Notes: a model not told the origin generated them from the letters alone. 36,332 nucleotides of DNA from Candidatus Brennerbacteria bacterium RIFOXYC1_FULL_41_11 (GCA_001817215.1 MHHX01000007.1:24244-60575); one strand, 5' to 3'. Shown: positions 17,008-26,354, counted from the stretch's first letter. Program-made: numbers and translations.

Positions 17008-18822
17008 ATGATTGATTTGCCTTTTTTCAAAAAAAATCAGCAAGCCGCCGCCTCGATAAGAACTATTGAGGAGCTGACTCAAGAAGAGCTTTATGAGAAG
17101 ACCAAAACTAATCTGCGTGATTTGATTACGCCGGTCGGACTTGAGGTTAACCCTTCGTTTTTGAAGTTTTCCGGCAAGCTGGTGAAAACTCTGTTTATTT
17201 TGAGCTACCCCAAAATCCTGTCTGTTGGCTGGCTTTCGCCGGTTGTGAATCTCAACCAGTCTGTTAATGTTTCAATATTTTTTCATCCGATGGATACGGA
17301 AAAAGTTTTGAAAAATCTCAGAAAACGCGCCACTCAGCTTGAAGCCCAGATGCTTGAAGAGCAGGAAAGGGGATTGGTCAGAAACGTGCTTCTGGAAACA
17401 GCGATTTCTGATATTGAGGGTTTGCGTGATTCTTTGGTTCAGGGCCGGGACAAAATGTTTTACATTGCGGTTTATTTAACGATCATCGCCAATACCGAAG
17501 AAGAAATGTCTCAGATTGAAAATAATCTGGTCTCGATGTTCGGCCAGAAAATGATAGATCTGAAACCGGCGATTTTCCGTCAGTTTGAGGCATATGAATC
17601 AAATTTGCCGATCGGGCTTGATCTTCTGGATACAAGAACGCCATTGAATATTGGTCCGGCTTCGACATTTTTTCCCTTCATCTCTTCGAATTTAATACAA
17701 GATGATGGCATTTTTTACGGCATGAACATGCAAAACTCCACGCCGGTGATTTTTGACCGGTTTTCGCTGGAAAACTCCAACTGTGTGATCTTTGCTAAAT
17801 CAGGTTCGGGAAAGTCTTATTTCACCAAGCTTGACATTATCCGTCATTTGATGAAGGGAGTCGACGTGATTGTTGTTGATCCGGAAAACGAGTACAAACA
17901 CCTGGCTGAATCTTTTGGCGGTAGTTTTTTCAGGATTTCGATTCAATCAGAAGATCACATGAATCCTTTTGACCTCTCAACTATTGGCGAAGACGAAGAT
18001 CCGATCACGGCTTTCAGAGAGCATATTCTTGACATTATTGGTTTGGTTAAAGTGATGGTTGGCGAATTAAAACCCGAAGAAGAAGCGATTTTGGATCAAG
18101 CTATCAAGCAGACGTATGCTTCCCGCGATATCACTGCCGACACGCCGTTTTTCGGCAAAGAACCGCCGATTCTCGAAGACCTAGAATCGGTTTTGCGGAC
18201 CATGGAGGGCGGAGTTTCCTTGGCGGATAAGCTTTATAAATACACTAAAGGCACTTTTTCCGGATTTATCAATCAACCAACCACGGTTGATATGAACAAT
18301 CGTTTGTCGGTTTTTTCGATTCGTGACCTTGATGAGGAATTGAGGCCGGTGGCGATGTATATTATTCTAGGCCATATCTGGAACCTGATTCGTCGGGAAA
18401 AGAAAAAGAGACTGTTGATTATCGACGAGGCCTGGTGGTTGATGAAAAACAATGACGGCGCTAACTTTTTGCTGTCGATGGCGAAAAGAGCCAGGAAATA
18501 TTTTTTGGGGGTGACGACAATCACTCAGGATGTTGATGACTTTTTGAAGTCTCCTTACGGCAAACCGATCATCACCAATTCGTCAATGCAGTTTTTAATG
18601 AAACAGGCTTCTGCCGCGATCAGTTCTCTGGCGCAGGCGTTCACACTGACACCGCCGGAAGTGGATGTTTTGATGAACCTATCTATCGGTGAGGGTCTTT
18701 TGTTTGCCGGGCCAAAGCACTTGATTCTGCGGGTTATGGCGTCTTACACCGAAGATCAGGTGATTACTACCAATCCGGAACAGCTTTTGAAGATCCAGAA
18801 AGCTAAAGAACAAGCCGGATAA
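17008..18822 (+). CDS. virB4: VirB4-family T4SS ATPase
   Basis: Walker A AKSGSGKS, VVDPENEY, NPFDL, Walker B LLIIDEAW, KRARKY, TTITQDVDDF. Confidence 0.9.
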   Translation: MIDLPFFKKNQQAAASIRTIEELTQEELYEKTKTNLRDLITPVGLEVNPSFLKFSGKLVKTLFILSYPKILSVGWLSPVVNLNQSVNVSIFFHPMDTEKVLKNLRKRATQLEAQMLEEQERGLVRNVLLETAISDIEGLRDSLVQGRDKMFYIAVYLTIIANTEEEMSQIENNLVSMFGQKMIDLKPAIFRQFEAYESNLPIGLDLLDTRTPLNIGPASTFFPFISSNLIQDDGIFYGMNMQNSTPVIFDRFSLENSNCVIFAKSGSGKSYFTKLDIIRHLMKGVDVIVVDPENEYKHLAESFGGSFFRISIQSEDHMNPFDLSTIGEDEDPITAFREHILDIIGLVKVMVGELKPEEEAILDQAIKQTYASRDITADTPFFGKEPPILEDLESVLRTMEGGVSLADKLYKYTKGTFSGFINQPTTVDMNNRLSVFSIRDLDEELRPVAMYIILGHIWNLIRREKKKRLLIIDEAWWLMKNNDGANFLLSMAKRARKYFLGVTTITQDVDDFLKSPYGKPIITNSSMQFLMKQASAAISSLAQAFTLTPPEVDVLMNLSIGEGLLFAGPKHLILRVMASYTEDQVITTNPEQLLKIQKAKEQAG

Positions 18823-18840
18823 AATAAATTCTTTACGAAA

Positions 18841-19362
18841 ATGGACGAGGCTATTTCTGCGACAAAACCCAAAAGATCAACTGGTAATGGTTTAAAAGAT
18901 AAGGCCGGAAAACTTGTTCGTGAAAAAAAACCGCAATGGGAAAAAGATGTTGCCGGTTATCTTCAAGAAGATTCGAAACCGATGAGCATTGGCGTTTTGA
19001 TTATTCTTGTTTCTATCGCCGCGTTGCTTGACCTTGTTGATTTATTGGATTTCACTGGCTTTGGCGCGATTATTGTCGCGGTCATAAGTTTTTGTTTGGG
19101 CGCGGCCTTTTTCTTTGCTTTTTATATTTTCGATCCGGAGACGAAGCTATCATCTACCAGAAGCCTGGTGGTCAAGGCAGCTGCCTATACTGCTGAACTG
19201 ATTCCGGGCATTGGTATTTTGCCGATTAATATCTTGATCGTGGTTTATGCTTATTTGAAATCTCAGCCGAAGTTTAAAAAAGAGGTTGATAAAGTTTTTC
19301 AAGCAACAGAAACCGGAAAAAGAGTGATGGGTGCGGCACAAAAGCTAAAAAAATTTGTTTGA
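18841..19362 (+). CDS. Membrane protein downstream of VirB4
   Basis: Three hydrophobic segments including ELIPGIGILP, with basic termini. Confidence 0.75.
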   Translation: MDEAISATKPKRSTGNGLKDKAGKLVREKKPQWEKDVAGYLQEDSKPMSIGVLIILVSIAALLDLVDLLDFTGFGAIIVAVISFCLGAAFFFAFYIFDPETKLSSTRSLVVKAAAYTAELIPGIGILPINILIVVYAYLKSQPKFKKEVDKVFQATETGKRVMGAAQKLKKFV

Positions 19363-19412
19363 AACATATTCTTACTGGAAAAACCTTGTTTTTAGAGATA
19401 AAATTATAATAT

Positions 19413-20153
19413 ATGAGAGGTTTTAGATTCTTTTTCTTTATATTCTTGCTGTTAATTTTTGGCTTTCAATCATCAGCTGGGATTGCTTTTGCGGCTGACT
19501 TTATTTTGGTTGATTTACAGACAAACAATTACTCTCCGGACGGTTACTCTGCTTTCGCCAAAAACTCTGTTCTGCCAGGATCAAAAATAAAGTTCACGAT
19601 TAATTATTTTAAAAATATGGGCGCGGGAAATTTTTCTCCGGTATCGCTTGAAAATTACCGCGTTCGCTGGTTCCATAAAGATTACAATATCGTTGATGTT
19701 CAGGGAGCCAAAACTTTGGATTACACGATTAATAAGTTCTCCAAAGACAGAAGCCTTGTTTTTTTGATTCAGGTCTCGGACAAAAGCGGGACAGTTTTGG
19801 TGCAAAAAGATCTGACGATTCCGATTAAGAAAAATCCCGAACTGACTTTTCATAGGCTTATCGACAACAAGGTCTCTTTTTACAACGAGCCAGAAAATAC
19901 ATTTTCCGGTGTTTCGGGTCAAGAAATCAACGTTTTTGTGAAGCCGTATTTTTTTAATATTAAAAGTCTTTCCGAGCTTAATTTTCAGTGGTACTATCGT
20001 TTAGATAAGATTCAAAATCCTGAAAGCAGAAAATATATTTTCCAAGCCAAACTACCGCAGGCAAAGATCAAAGATCTTTTTTCTGTTTTTGTCCAAAATT
20101 CAAAAGCCGAGCTGGAGTTCGTCAAAATTCCGTTTTATTTATCGACTCTTTAA
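19413..20153 (+). CDS. Exported beta-sandwich (Ig/PKD-like) protein
   Basis: Signal peptide, two beta-rich repeats (YRVRW, KPYFF..LNFQW). Confidence 0.7.
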   Translation: MRGFRFFFFIFLLLIFGFQSSAGIAFAADFILVDLQTNNYSPDGYSAFAKNSVLPGSKIKFTINYFKNMGAGNFSPVSLENYRVRWFHKDYNIVDVQGAKTLDYTINKFSKDRSLVFLIQVSDKSGTVLVQKDLTIPIKKNPELTFHRLIDNKVSFYNEPENTFSGVSGQEINVFVKPYFFNIKSLSELNFQWYYRLDKIQNPESRKYIFQAKLPQAKIKDLFSVFVQNSKAELEFVKIPFYLSTL

Positions 20154-20155
20154 TT

Positions 20156-21850
20156 ATGAAAAGTTTAAAAAACTCTTGGGCAAAGTATTTGGTTGTTTTG
20201 CTTGTCTGTGTTTTTGGATTGTTTATTGTCAATCGAATAGGTTTTGCCGTTTTTGAATGGGAAGTGCCGTTGCCGCTAACGCCCCAAGGTCAAGCCCTGG
20301 ATAACCCCACCATAGATAGTTTGTTTTTATATATTTATAATTTTGGCTTGGGCTTAGGCGCGGTTTTGGCTTTTATTAGGCTCACTATGGCTGGCATTGC
20401 CTGGGGATCGCAAAATGCCGGTATTGGCGCCAAGGCTGATGCCATGGAGATCATTAAAAACGCTATTTTCGGTCTTTTGTTGCTTTTGTTCTCATGGGTG
20501 ATTTTGAATACGATTAACCCGCAGTTGGTTAGTCCGAACGTCTCGGTTTTGGACAAGAACACTGGACAGTCAATCAAGGGAGATTCTCCGACCCAGTTGA
20601 CCGCGGCTTTTAAATGGCCGTCGAAAAGAGGCATTGGTTCGGCCCTTCAACATGTTAGTCAATTCTTGATCAAAGTAAAGCCGGATATTATTGAAAAACT
20701 TGAGTATGCTTTTAACCTTCGGAAAATACTAATCTGTCCGACACTAAACTCAAGTCTTGACGAGGTTTGCGCCAAAGATTGTACTCGGGCTAATTTTCCG
20801 TGTGATTATTATCAAGCAAAGTGTTCGGGACAGGAGCCGCCGAACATTGTTCCCGGCTGTCCCCTGCCAGAAGATCCAATGTGTATTGACGCTAAAACTG
20901 GTCTACCAATGACTGAGGCGCAGTTTTGCATGTTGGTTTGGGATTGGTTTCCAATGTTCCCGGATCTTAGTTGCGGGTCTTATTTGAAAAACAGTATGGA
21001 TGCGGTTCTTCCTGGCAACAATCTGAATGGCTACAAGGAGTATATCAAACAGGCGGGGGCATACTTTGGTATTGATCCGAGGATTATTGCCACTTTGATG
21101 ACAAGCGAAAGCGAAGAACTTGTGCCACGGCTTTTAACTGCTCAGCAGGTTGAAGATTTTGCTGCTCCGGGAGGATATATTAACGTTGTCAGGCAGAGAT
21201 CCGGTCAAGGAAAGAAAGAGCACATTGAAACTTGGTGCGATCCGAACTGGGCTGGCGCCACGGGACATGTTTCTATCACAATAAAATCATGCAACATCAC
21301 GGGTACTCCGGCGCAAAAATGCACCTGGGATTCTTATTGTAAGTTCCGAGGCGCCGCTAACAATATCCGCGACAATGACTGGACATACAAACCGAATCCG
21401 TCAAATATTCTCGATGGTTTTGCCATGACGGCCAAGATTTCAAGATGGATCATGGATGGCGAAGGCATTCCCAATGGGCTTTTAAATGATACTCTTCATT
21501 ATAAAGTATGGAACTTTAGCAGTTGTCCAAATCGCGAAGAGCTTTTGATGTGGAAGCCGCCAATTATGAATCCGATTGTTTTTTACGCGATTGGCCATGT
21601 TTATTACGGTGACTCGATCAGTGATAATGGTTTGGTGCCGAGATTTCTTGATTCTTCTCAGCTCGAAATTGACACTTCCGGACTTGGTGATTGGATACTC
21701 GTTAATTATGAAAAAATTACGAAAGTCAGGAATTTATTCGCCTTGCTCTGGGCTAATGCTGGTTTGGGCGAGTATAAACCAACCGAGTCATCAACCACGC
21801 CGACTGTCGGTGATTTCTTGTGGTGGTATTATGATACACATAGCAGCTAG
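20156..21850 (+). CDS. VirB2/TrbC-like pilin domain fused via a Cys-rich linker to a lytic transglycosylase-like domain
   Basis: Signal peptide, pilin-like hairpin (LGAVLAFIRLTMAG..AKADAMEIIKNAIFGLLLLLFSWVILNTINPQL), then YIKQAGAYFGIDPRIIATLMTSES and AGATG, resembling SLT motifs I and II. Confidence 0.7.
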   Translation: MKSLKNSWAKYLVVLLVCVFGLFIVNRIGFAVFEWEVPLPLTPQGQALDNPTIDSLFLYIYNFGLGLGAVLAFIRLTMAGIAWGSQNAGIGAKADAMEIIKNAIFGLLLLLFSWVILNTINPQLVSPNVSVLDKNTGQSIKGDSPTQLTAAFKWPSKRGIGSALQHVSQFLIKVKPDIIEKLEYAFNLRKILICPTLNSSLDEVCAKDCTRANFPCDYYQAKCSGQEPPNIVPGCPLPEDPMCIDAKTGLPMTEAQFCMLVWDWFPMFPDLSCGSYLKNSMDAVLPGNNLNGYKEYIKQAGAYFGIDPRIIATLMTSESEELVPRLLTAQQVEDFAAPGGYINVVRQRSGQGKKEHIETWCDPNWAGATGHVSITIKSCNITGTPAQKCTWDSYCKFRGAANNIRDNDWTYKPNPSNILDGFAMTAKISRWIMDGEGIPNGLLNDTLHYKVWNFSSCPNREELLMWKPPIMNPIVFYAIGHVYYGDSISDNGLVPRFLDSSQLEIDTSGLGDWILVNYEKITKVRNLFALLWANAGLGEYKPTESSTTPTVGDFLWWYYDTHSS

Positions 21851-23020
21851 ATGAGAAAAAATACTCTACTTATTATTGTCTTTGTTTTTTTGTTGGTTGG
21901 CATTGTGGTCGGCTGGATCTTCTTTTTCAGGAGTCGGAATAGTGAAAATAATGAACCAGTTCCGGGATTTTCTATGTTACCGACAAACAACTCGGCAATC
22001 AGCCCGAAGACTGAGGTTTCCTCAGCGCCAATTCCTCAATTCTTGAAGCTTTGGGACGGCGAAGTTGCTTCTCCGGCGATTGCTTCAAAAACCATTGTTT
22101 TTTTCGATAAAACTCACGGTGTTTTCAGGTCTTTGCTTCCTTTGCTTGATGTTTTTAAAGAAGGTAAACTTTCAGAAACTGTTTTTTCCAACACTTTTTC
22201 TATTGTTTTGTCGCCGAATTATAAAATGTCCTTGATTGGTCTCTATCAGGGCCAAACAAAGCGCTTTGCGGTTTTTGATTTTCAACAAAATCTCAGTCGT
22301 CTTTTGCCCGAGTTTGTTAAAGACGCTGCCTGGTCTTCTGACAGTAATCAGCTTTTGATTAATCACTTTGAGCCGCAACAGGAAACATTCTACTTTTCAA
22401 CTGCCAACATTGACGGCACAAAAGAATCAAAAATTCTTGAGATCAGGCTCACTGATGCCGTGATGTTTTATGCGCCCAAAAGTGCAATTCTTTTTTATCA
22501 AAAACCCGCTCCAGACCTGCCATCGGAAAGATTTTTTAACTTTGATCTGAAGACAAAAAAACTTACAGTTGTTGACCCGACCTCGATCGGTCCGAATATT
22601 GGTGGATTTGGTTTTGATATGTTGCCGTCTCCAAGCGGTGAGAGTATTATTTTTTCTTCGACCGATCAAACCGGATCCAAGCTCAGCACTTTTGTTTTTA
22701 ACCTTAAAACAAACCGTATTGTTTCAACAAAGTTTTCTACCTTGGTTCAGAAGTGTGCGTGGACAGCTGATTCAGAAGAGATTATCTGCGCTTATTCGTC
22801 GCAGATCACTCAGGCCTCGGGATTGCCTTTCGAATACTGGAAAGGCAAAATTCAGAGCAATGATTCATTCGCTAAATTTAATCTCAGAACCGGCGAGATG
22901 AAGATCTACGCCGTTAATTCCGGTTATGATGCCATCAGCTTAGCGATCAGCCCGGAAAAAGACTTCGTTGTTTTTGTTAGCCAGGCGGATCAAGCTCTTT
23001 ACCGGATGAGTTTAAAATAA
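21851..23020 (+). CDS. Membrane-anchored TolB-like beta-propeller protein
   Basis: N-terminal TM, repeated LSPN, WSSDS, PSPSG, WTADS and ISPEK blade motifs. Confidence 0.75.
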   Translation: MRKNTLLIIVFVFLLVGIVVGWIFFFRSRNSENNEPVPGFSMLPTNNSAISPKTEVSSAPIPQFLKLWDGEVASPAIASKTIVFFDKTHGVFRSLLPLLDVFKEGKLSETVFSNTFSIVLSPNYKMSLIGLYQGQTKRFAVFDFQQNLSRLLPEFVKDAAWSSDSNQLLINHFEPQQETFYFSTANIDGTKESKILEIRLTDAVMFYAPKSAILFYQKPAPDLPSERFFNFDLKTKKLTVVDPTSIGPNIGGFGFDMLPSPSGESIIFSSTDQTGSKLSTFVFNLKTNRIVSTKFSTLVQKCAWTADSEEIICAYSSQITQASGLPFEYWKGKIQSNDSFAKFNLRTGEMKIYAVNSGYDAISLAISPEKDFVVFVSQADQALYRMSLK

Positions 23021-23412
23021 TGATTTCTGAAACCGGCAAGATAGGAGAAGGGCTTGCGGTTGATTATTTAAAATCAGAAGGCTTTAAGATTCTTGAAAAG
23101 AACTTCCGAACGAAGTTTGGTGAGCTTGATATTGTTTGTAAAAAAGGGAAACTATTGGTTTTCGTTGAGGTCAAAGCGGCTGTCTCTGGTCCATTGACCC
23201 ACGATTGTAAATCAGTAGGCAACGAAGTTTTTCAGCCTGAACAACATTTTACAAAACAAAAAATCACTCGATTAAAAAGAGCGGCTGAGATTTTTTTGAT
23301 AAAAAACAAACTGCCTTCAGATACGGAACAAAGGCTTGATCTGGCAGCGCTAGATCTGGACGAAGAGAAGAAGCTTTTGAATCTGCGTTATTATGAAAAT
23401 GTCACTGGATAA
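23020..23412 (+). CDS. yraN: YraN family (UPF0102) PD-(D/E)xK nuclease
   Basis: GKIGEGLAVDYL..GFKILEKNFRTKFGELDIV..LVFVEVK, and RLD near the C-terminus. Confidence 0.9.
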   Translation: MISETGKIGEGLAVDYLKSEGFKILEKNFRTKFGELDIVCKKGKLLVFVEVKAAVSGPLTHDCKSVGNEVFQPEQHFTKQKITRLKRAAEIFLIKNKLPSDTEQRLDLAALDLDEEKKLLNLRYYENVTG

Positions 23413-23434
23413 AGTTTCTTTTTTGACGTTGTTT

Positions 23435-24319
23435 TTATTTTCCCGATTCTTGAGCCAATATCGCTGCTCCAATGGCGCCGGCCCAGCGATCATCAACAGC
23501 CTTAGCGATCAGGAGTTTTTTCTTTGCTGTCGGTGAAAGAATGTGTTTTTTCGCAATTTCTTTAGTGGTTTTTATAAATAAAGGCCAGGCATGAACAATG
23601 CCACCGCCGAGAATAATAAGTTCCGGTTCGATCAGGTTGGAAATATTGGCGATGATCAAGCCGAGGTTGGTTCCAAATTCTTGCCAGATTTTTTTATGAT
23701 AACTACTGCCGGCTCTGGCGGCGTTTTCTGATTCGATCGGCAGGGTTTTTAGGTTTCGAAAAAAGCCACGACCAGAAAGTTTAGTTTCAAAGGTTTCCGG
23801 GTTGTTCGGATTGAAAATTGTTTGGCCGACCTCATAGGCAGAGCCGAAACTTCCAGTCATAATTTTCCCGTTGAAAAACCAACCACCACCGACGCCGGTT
23901 CCGAGCGTGATCATGAAGATTGAATTAATCTTATTATATTTTTTCGCTTCAAACCTCAAAGCCACTTTGGCGTCATTCGCGATGATTGGTTTGATTTTGT
24001 ATTTTTTCTCGATAATTTTCTCAAAATCAACTTCGTCCAAAGACTTGACCCTGCCGCCATCCTGAACCCTGCCGTTTTCAATCGGTCCCGGAAGGCCAAG
24101 CCCAATTTTTGAAGTTTGCTTGTCCCAGATTTCATCGATAACTGAAGAAAGGCTACTCAAAAACACTTCTTTGGTAATGATCTGTGCGTCATGGAGCTTT
24201 TCTGATTTTTTCAGAACCTCTCCGTTTTTCATAAGAACACCTCTTATCTTTGTGCCTCCGGCGTCAATGCCGATGGTCAATTTTTTTGAATTTTCTGTAT
24301 CTATTTTTTTCTTATCCAT
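23435..24319 (-). CDS. ROK family sugar kinase
   Basis: GIDAGGTKI, GLPGP, ANDAK, TLGTGVGGG, IILGGG, AGAIGAA. No CxCG zinc motif. Confidence 0.9.
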   Translation of the reverse strand: MDKKKIDTENSKKLTIGIDAGGTKIRGVLMKNGEVLKKSEKLHDAQIITKEVFLSSLSSVIDEIWDKQTSKIGLGLPGPIENGRVQDGGRVKSLDEVDFEKIIEKKYKIKPIIANDAKVALRFEAKKYNKINSIFMITLGTGVGGGWFFNGKIMTGSFGSAYEVGQTIFNPNNPETFETKLSGRGFFRNLKTLPIESENAARAGSSYHKKIWQEFGTNLGLIIANISNLIEPELIILGGGIVHAWPLFIKTTKEIAKKHILSPTAKKKLLIAKAVDDRWAGAIGAAILAQESGK

Positions 24320-24325
24320 GATCTA

Positions 24326-24334
24326 AGTATATCA
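24326..24334 (-). promoter_or_regulatory. Extended -10 promoter giving a probable leaderless ROK mRNA
   Basis: Minus strand TGaTATACT, 6 nt, then ATG. Confidence 0.5.
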
Positions 24335-24339
24335 CTTTT

Positions 24340-24374
24340 AAAGATAAACCCGCCTTGTAGGCGGGTTTATCTTT
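24340..24374 (-). terminator. Intrinsic terminator after thrS
   Basis: Perfect 16-bp inverted repeat aaagataaacccgcct-tgt-aggcgggtttatcttt. Confidence 0.85.
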
Positions 24375-26153
24375 TTACCTTACTTTTTCGTTTATTTCTT
24401 GTTTTAGTTTTTCAATCAATTGATTAATCTTCATTGCTCCCATGTCTTTTTGATTGTGGGCGCGTAGAGCCACTGATTCTGATTCGATCTCTCTATCGCC
24501 AATGACGGCCATATATGGAATTTTTTTCATCTCTGCATTTCTGATTCTTTTGGAAACAGATTCGTCGGGCCAAAGCTCGACGCGGATATTATTGTTTTTC
24601 AGCTGTTTTTGCAGATCCTCGGCGGCTTTTTGGTGTTTTTCGCCTAAAGGCATGACCACGATCTGGATCGGCGAAAGCCAAAGAGGGAAGGCTCCGGCAT
24701 AATGTTCAATCAAGATCATTAAAAATCTTTCTGGCGAGCCGACGATGGCGCGGTGGAGCATGATTGGTGTTTTTTCCTTGCCATCTTTATCCGCATAGAC
24801 CAGACCGAATCTTTGTGGTTGGACATAATCAATCTGAACAGTCGAGAGCTGGTGTTCTCTGTTAAGCGCATCCGTCGCAATCAAATCCATTTTTGGCGCG
24901 TAAAAAGCTGCTTCTCCCGGTCCATCGAAATACTCGATTTTGTTTCTTTTCATTATTTCCTCGGCCCATTTTTCAACTTTATCCCATGTTTTTGGATCGC
25001 CGAGATATTTTTCCGGATGTTTTGGGTCTCGGGTTGATAAACGGTATTTGTATTTTAAACCGAAAGTGGCCATGATCTGTTTTGTCATCTCCAATGCCAC
25101 ATCGATCTCATTGTCAACTTGATCTTCGCGGCAGAAAATATGGCAGTCATCTTGTGAAAAAGAACGGACTCGAGCGAGCCCGGAAAGTTCACCTGGTTTT
25201 TCGTCGCGGTAAAGCATGGCAAAGTCTGTGTATCTCAAAGGTAGGTCCCGATAGCTCCTTGGTCTTGAAGCATAGATCTGGGTATGTTGAGGACAGTTCA
25301 TTGGTTTCAAAAAAAACTCTTCTTCTGAATAGTTCGAAATGACCCTGAACATAGAGTCTTTGTATTTGTCGTAGTGCCCGGAGATTTTGAAAAGGTCAGC
25401 TTTGGCCACCTGCGGAGTCCATACCTGGGTGTAGTCTTGTTTCACCTGGGTCTCTTCGACATATTCATTAACCAAACGCCTGATTAATGTTCCGGCTGGA
25501 GTGTAGAGCGGGAATCCAGAGCCAACGAGATCCGAGAAGGTGAATAAATCCAGCTCTTTCCCAAGCTTTCTGTGGTCGCGTTTTTTCGCTTCTTCAATGT
25601 TATGCAGATAATCTTCAAGCTCTTTTTTTGCCGGGAAGCAAGTGCCATAGATTCTGGTCAACATTTTATTTTTTTCATCTCCGTGCCAATAGGCTCCGGC
25701 TAAAGACAAAAGTTTAAAAGCTTTGATCTCGCCGGTTGATTTGGCGTGCGGACCGGAACAAAGGTCTGTATCTTTATCACTCATGTGGAAAACTGAGACT
25801 TTTTCGCCGCGTTTTTGTATGTCTTCAATCCACTCAAGTTTGTAGGGATTATTTTTGAATATTTTTTTGGCATCTTCGGCAGAGATGGTTTCTTGGGTCA
25901 TAGGCAGGTCGGCAGAAATCAGTTGTTGCATCTCTTTTTCAATCTTCGGAAAATCGTCTTCAGTAACTTTCGAGTCTGAGTCGAAATCAAAGTAAAATCC
26001 GTCTTCGGTTGCGGGGCCCATAGCTTTTTTTAGTTTTGGGTAAATGTTTTGCATGGCAGTGTGCAAAACATGTTCGGCCGTGTGGCGTAAAGACCACAGT
26101 GCCCGCTCTTTTTCAGAGAGTTTTTCAAGTTTTTCGTCCAAAATTTGCGACAT
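24375..26153 (-). CDS. thrS: Threonine--tRNA ligase (no N-terminal TGS domain)
   Basis: RHTAEHV and DLCSGPH (editing domain), RDHRKLG, LKPMNCPQH, YRDEKPG, AAFYAPK, HRAIVGSPERF, C-terminal anticodon-binding domain. Confidence 0.97.
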   Translation of the reverse strand: MSQILDEKLEKLSEKERALWSLRHTAEHVLHTAMQNIYPKLKKAMGPATEDGFYFDFDSDSKVTEDDFPKIEKEMQQLISADLPMTQETISAEDAKKIFKNNPYKLEWIEDIQKRGEKVSVFHMSDKDTDLCSGPHAKSTGEIKAFKLLSLAGAYWHGDEKNKMLTRIYGTCFPAKKELEDYLHNIEEAKKRDHRKLGKELDLFTFSDLVGSGFPLYTPAGTLIRRLVNEYVEETQVKQDYTQVWTPQVAKADLFKISGHYDKYKDSMFRVISNYSEEEFFLKPMNCPQHTQIYASRPRSYRDLPLRYTDFAMLYRDEKPGELSGLARVRSFSQDDCHIFCREDQVDNEIDVALEMTKQIMATFGLKYKYRLSTRDPKHPEKYLGDPKTWDKVEKWAEEIMKRNKIEYFDGPGEAAFYAPKMDLIATDALNREHQLSTVQIDYVQPQRFGLVYADKDGKEKTPIMLHRAIVGSPERFLMILIEHYAGAFPLWLSPIQIVVMPLGEKHQKAAEDLQKQLKNNNIRVELWPDESVSKRIRNAEMKKIPYMAVIGDREIESESVALRAHNQKDMGAMKINQLIEKLKQEINEKVR

Positions 26154-26222
26154 AGTTTTTTATTTCACCGAAGTTCGTTAAATGACGAACAAGGGCGGAT
26201 TGTTTATTTTAGCTTAATTAAT

Positions 26223-26249
26223 AAAAAATTGCTCCCTTTCGAGAGCAAT
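26223..26249 (-). terminator. Attenuator terminator upstream of thrS
   Basis: Minus strand ATTGCTC-tcgaaagg-GAGCAAT-TTTTT. Confidence 0.8.
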
Positions 26250-26287
26250 CATCAACACCAACAACTACGCCTCGAAAGAGAAAATCC

Positions 26288-26320
26288 TTAAGAAGCAGTT
26301 GTTGTGGTTAATTGTTGCAT
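26288..26320 (-). CDS. Thr-rich leader peptide MQQLTTTTAS of a thrS attenuator
   Basis: Minus strand ATG CAA CAA TTA ACC ACA ACA ACT GCT TCT TAA. Four tandem Thr codons directly upstream of thrS. Confidence 0.8.
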   Translation of the reverse strand: MQQLTTTTAS

Positions 26321-26326
26321 GGGTTT

Positions 26327-26354
26327 ATTTTAGTTTGTTTCGATAATTTGTCAA
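26327..26354 (-). promoter_or_regulatory. Sigma70 promoter of the thrS leader
   Basis: Minus strand TTGACA-16-TAAAAT, 6 nt, then the leader ATG. Confidence 0.75.

Noticed and set aside
26160-26330. T-box riboswitch upstream of thrS
   Set aside because: No AAGGTGGCACC/TGGNACC T-box motif or stem I is visible and the leader is too short. The peptide attenuator explains the region.
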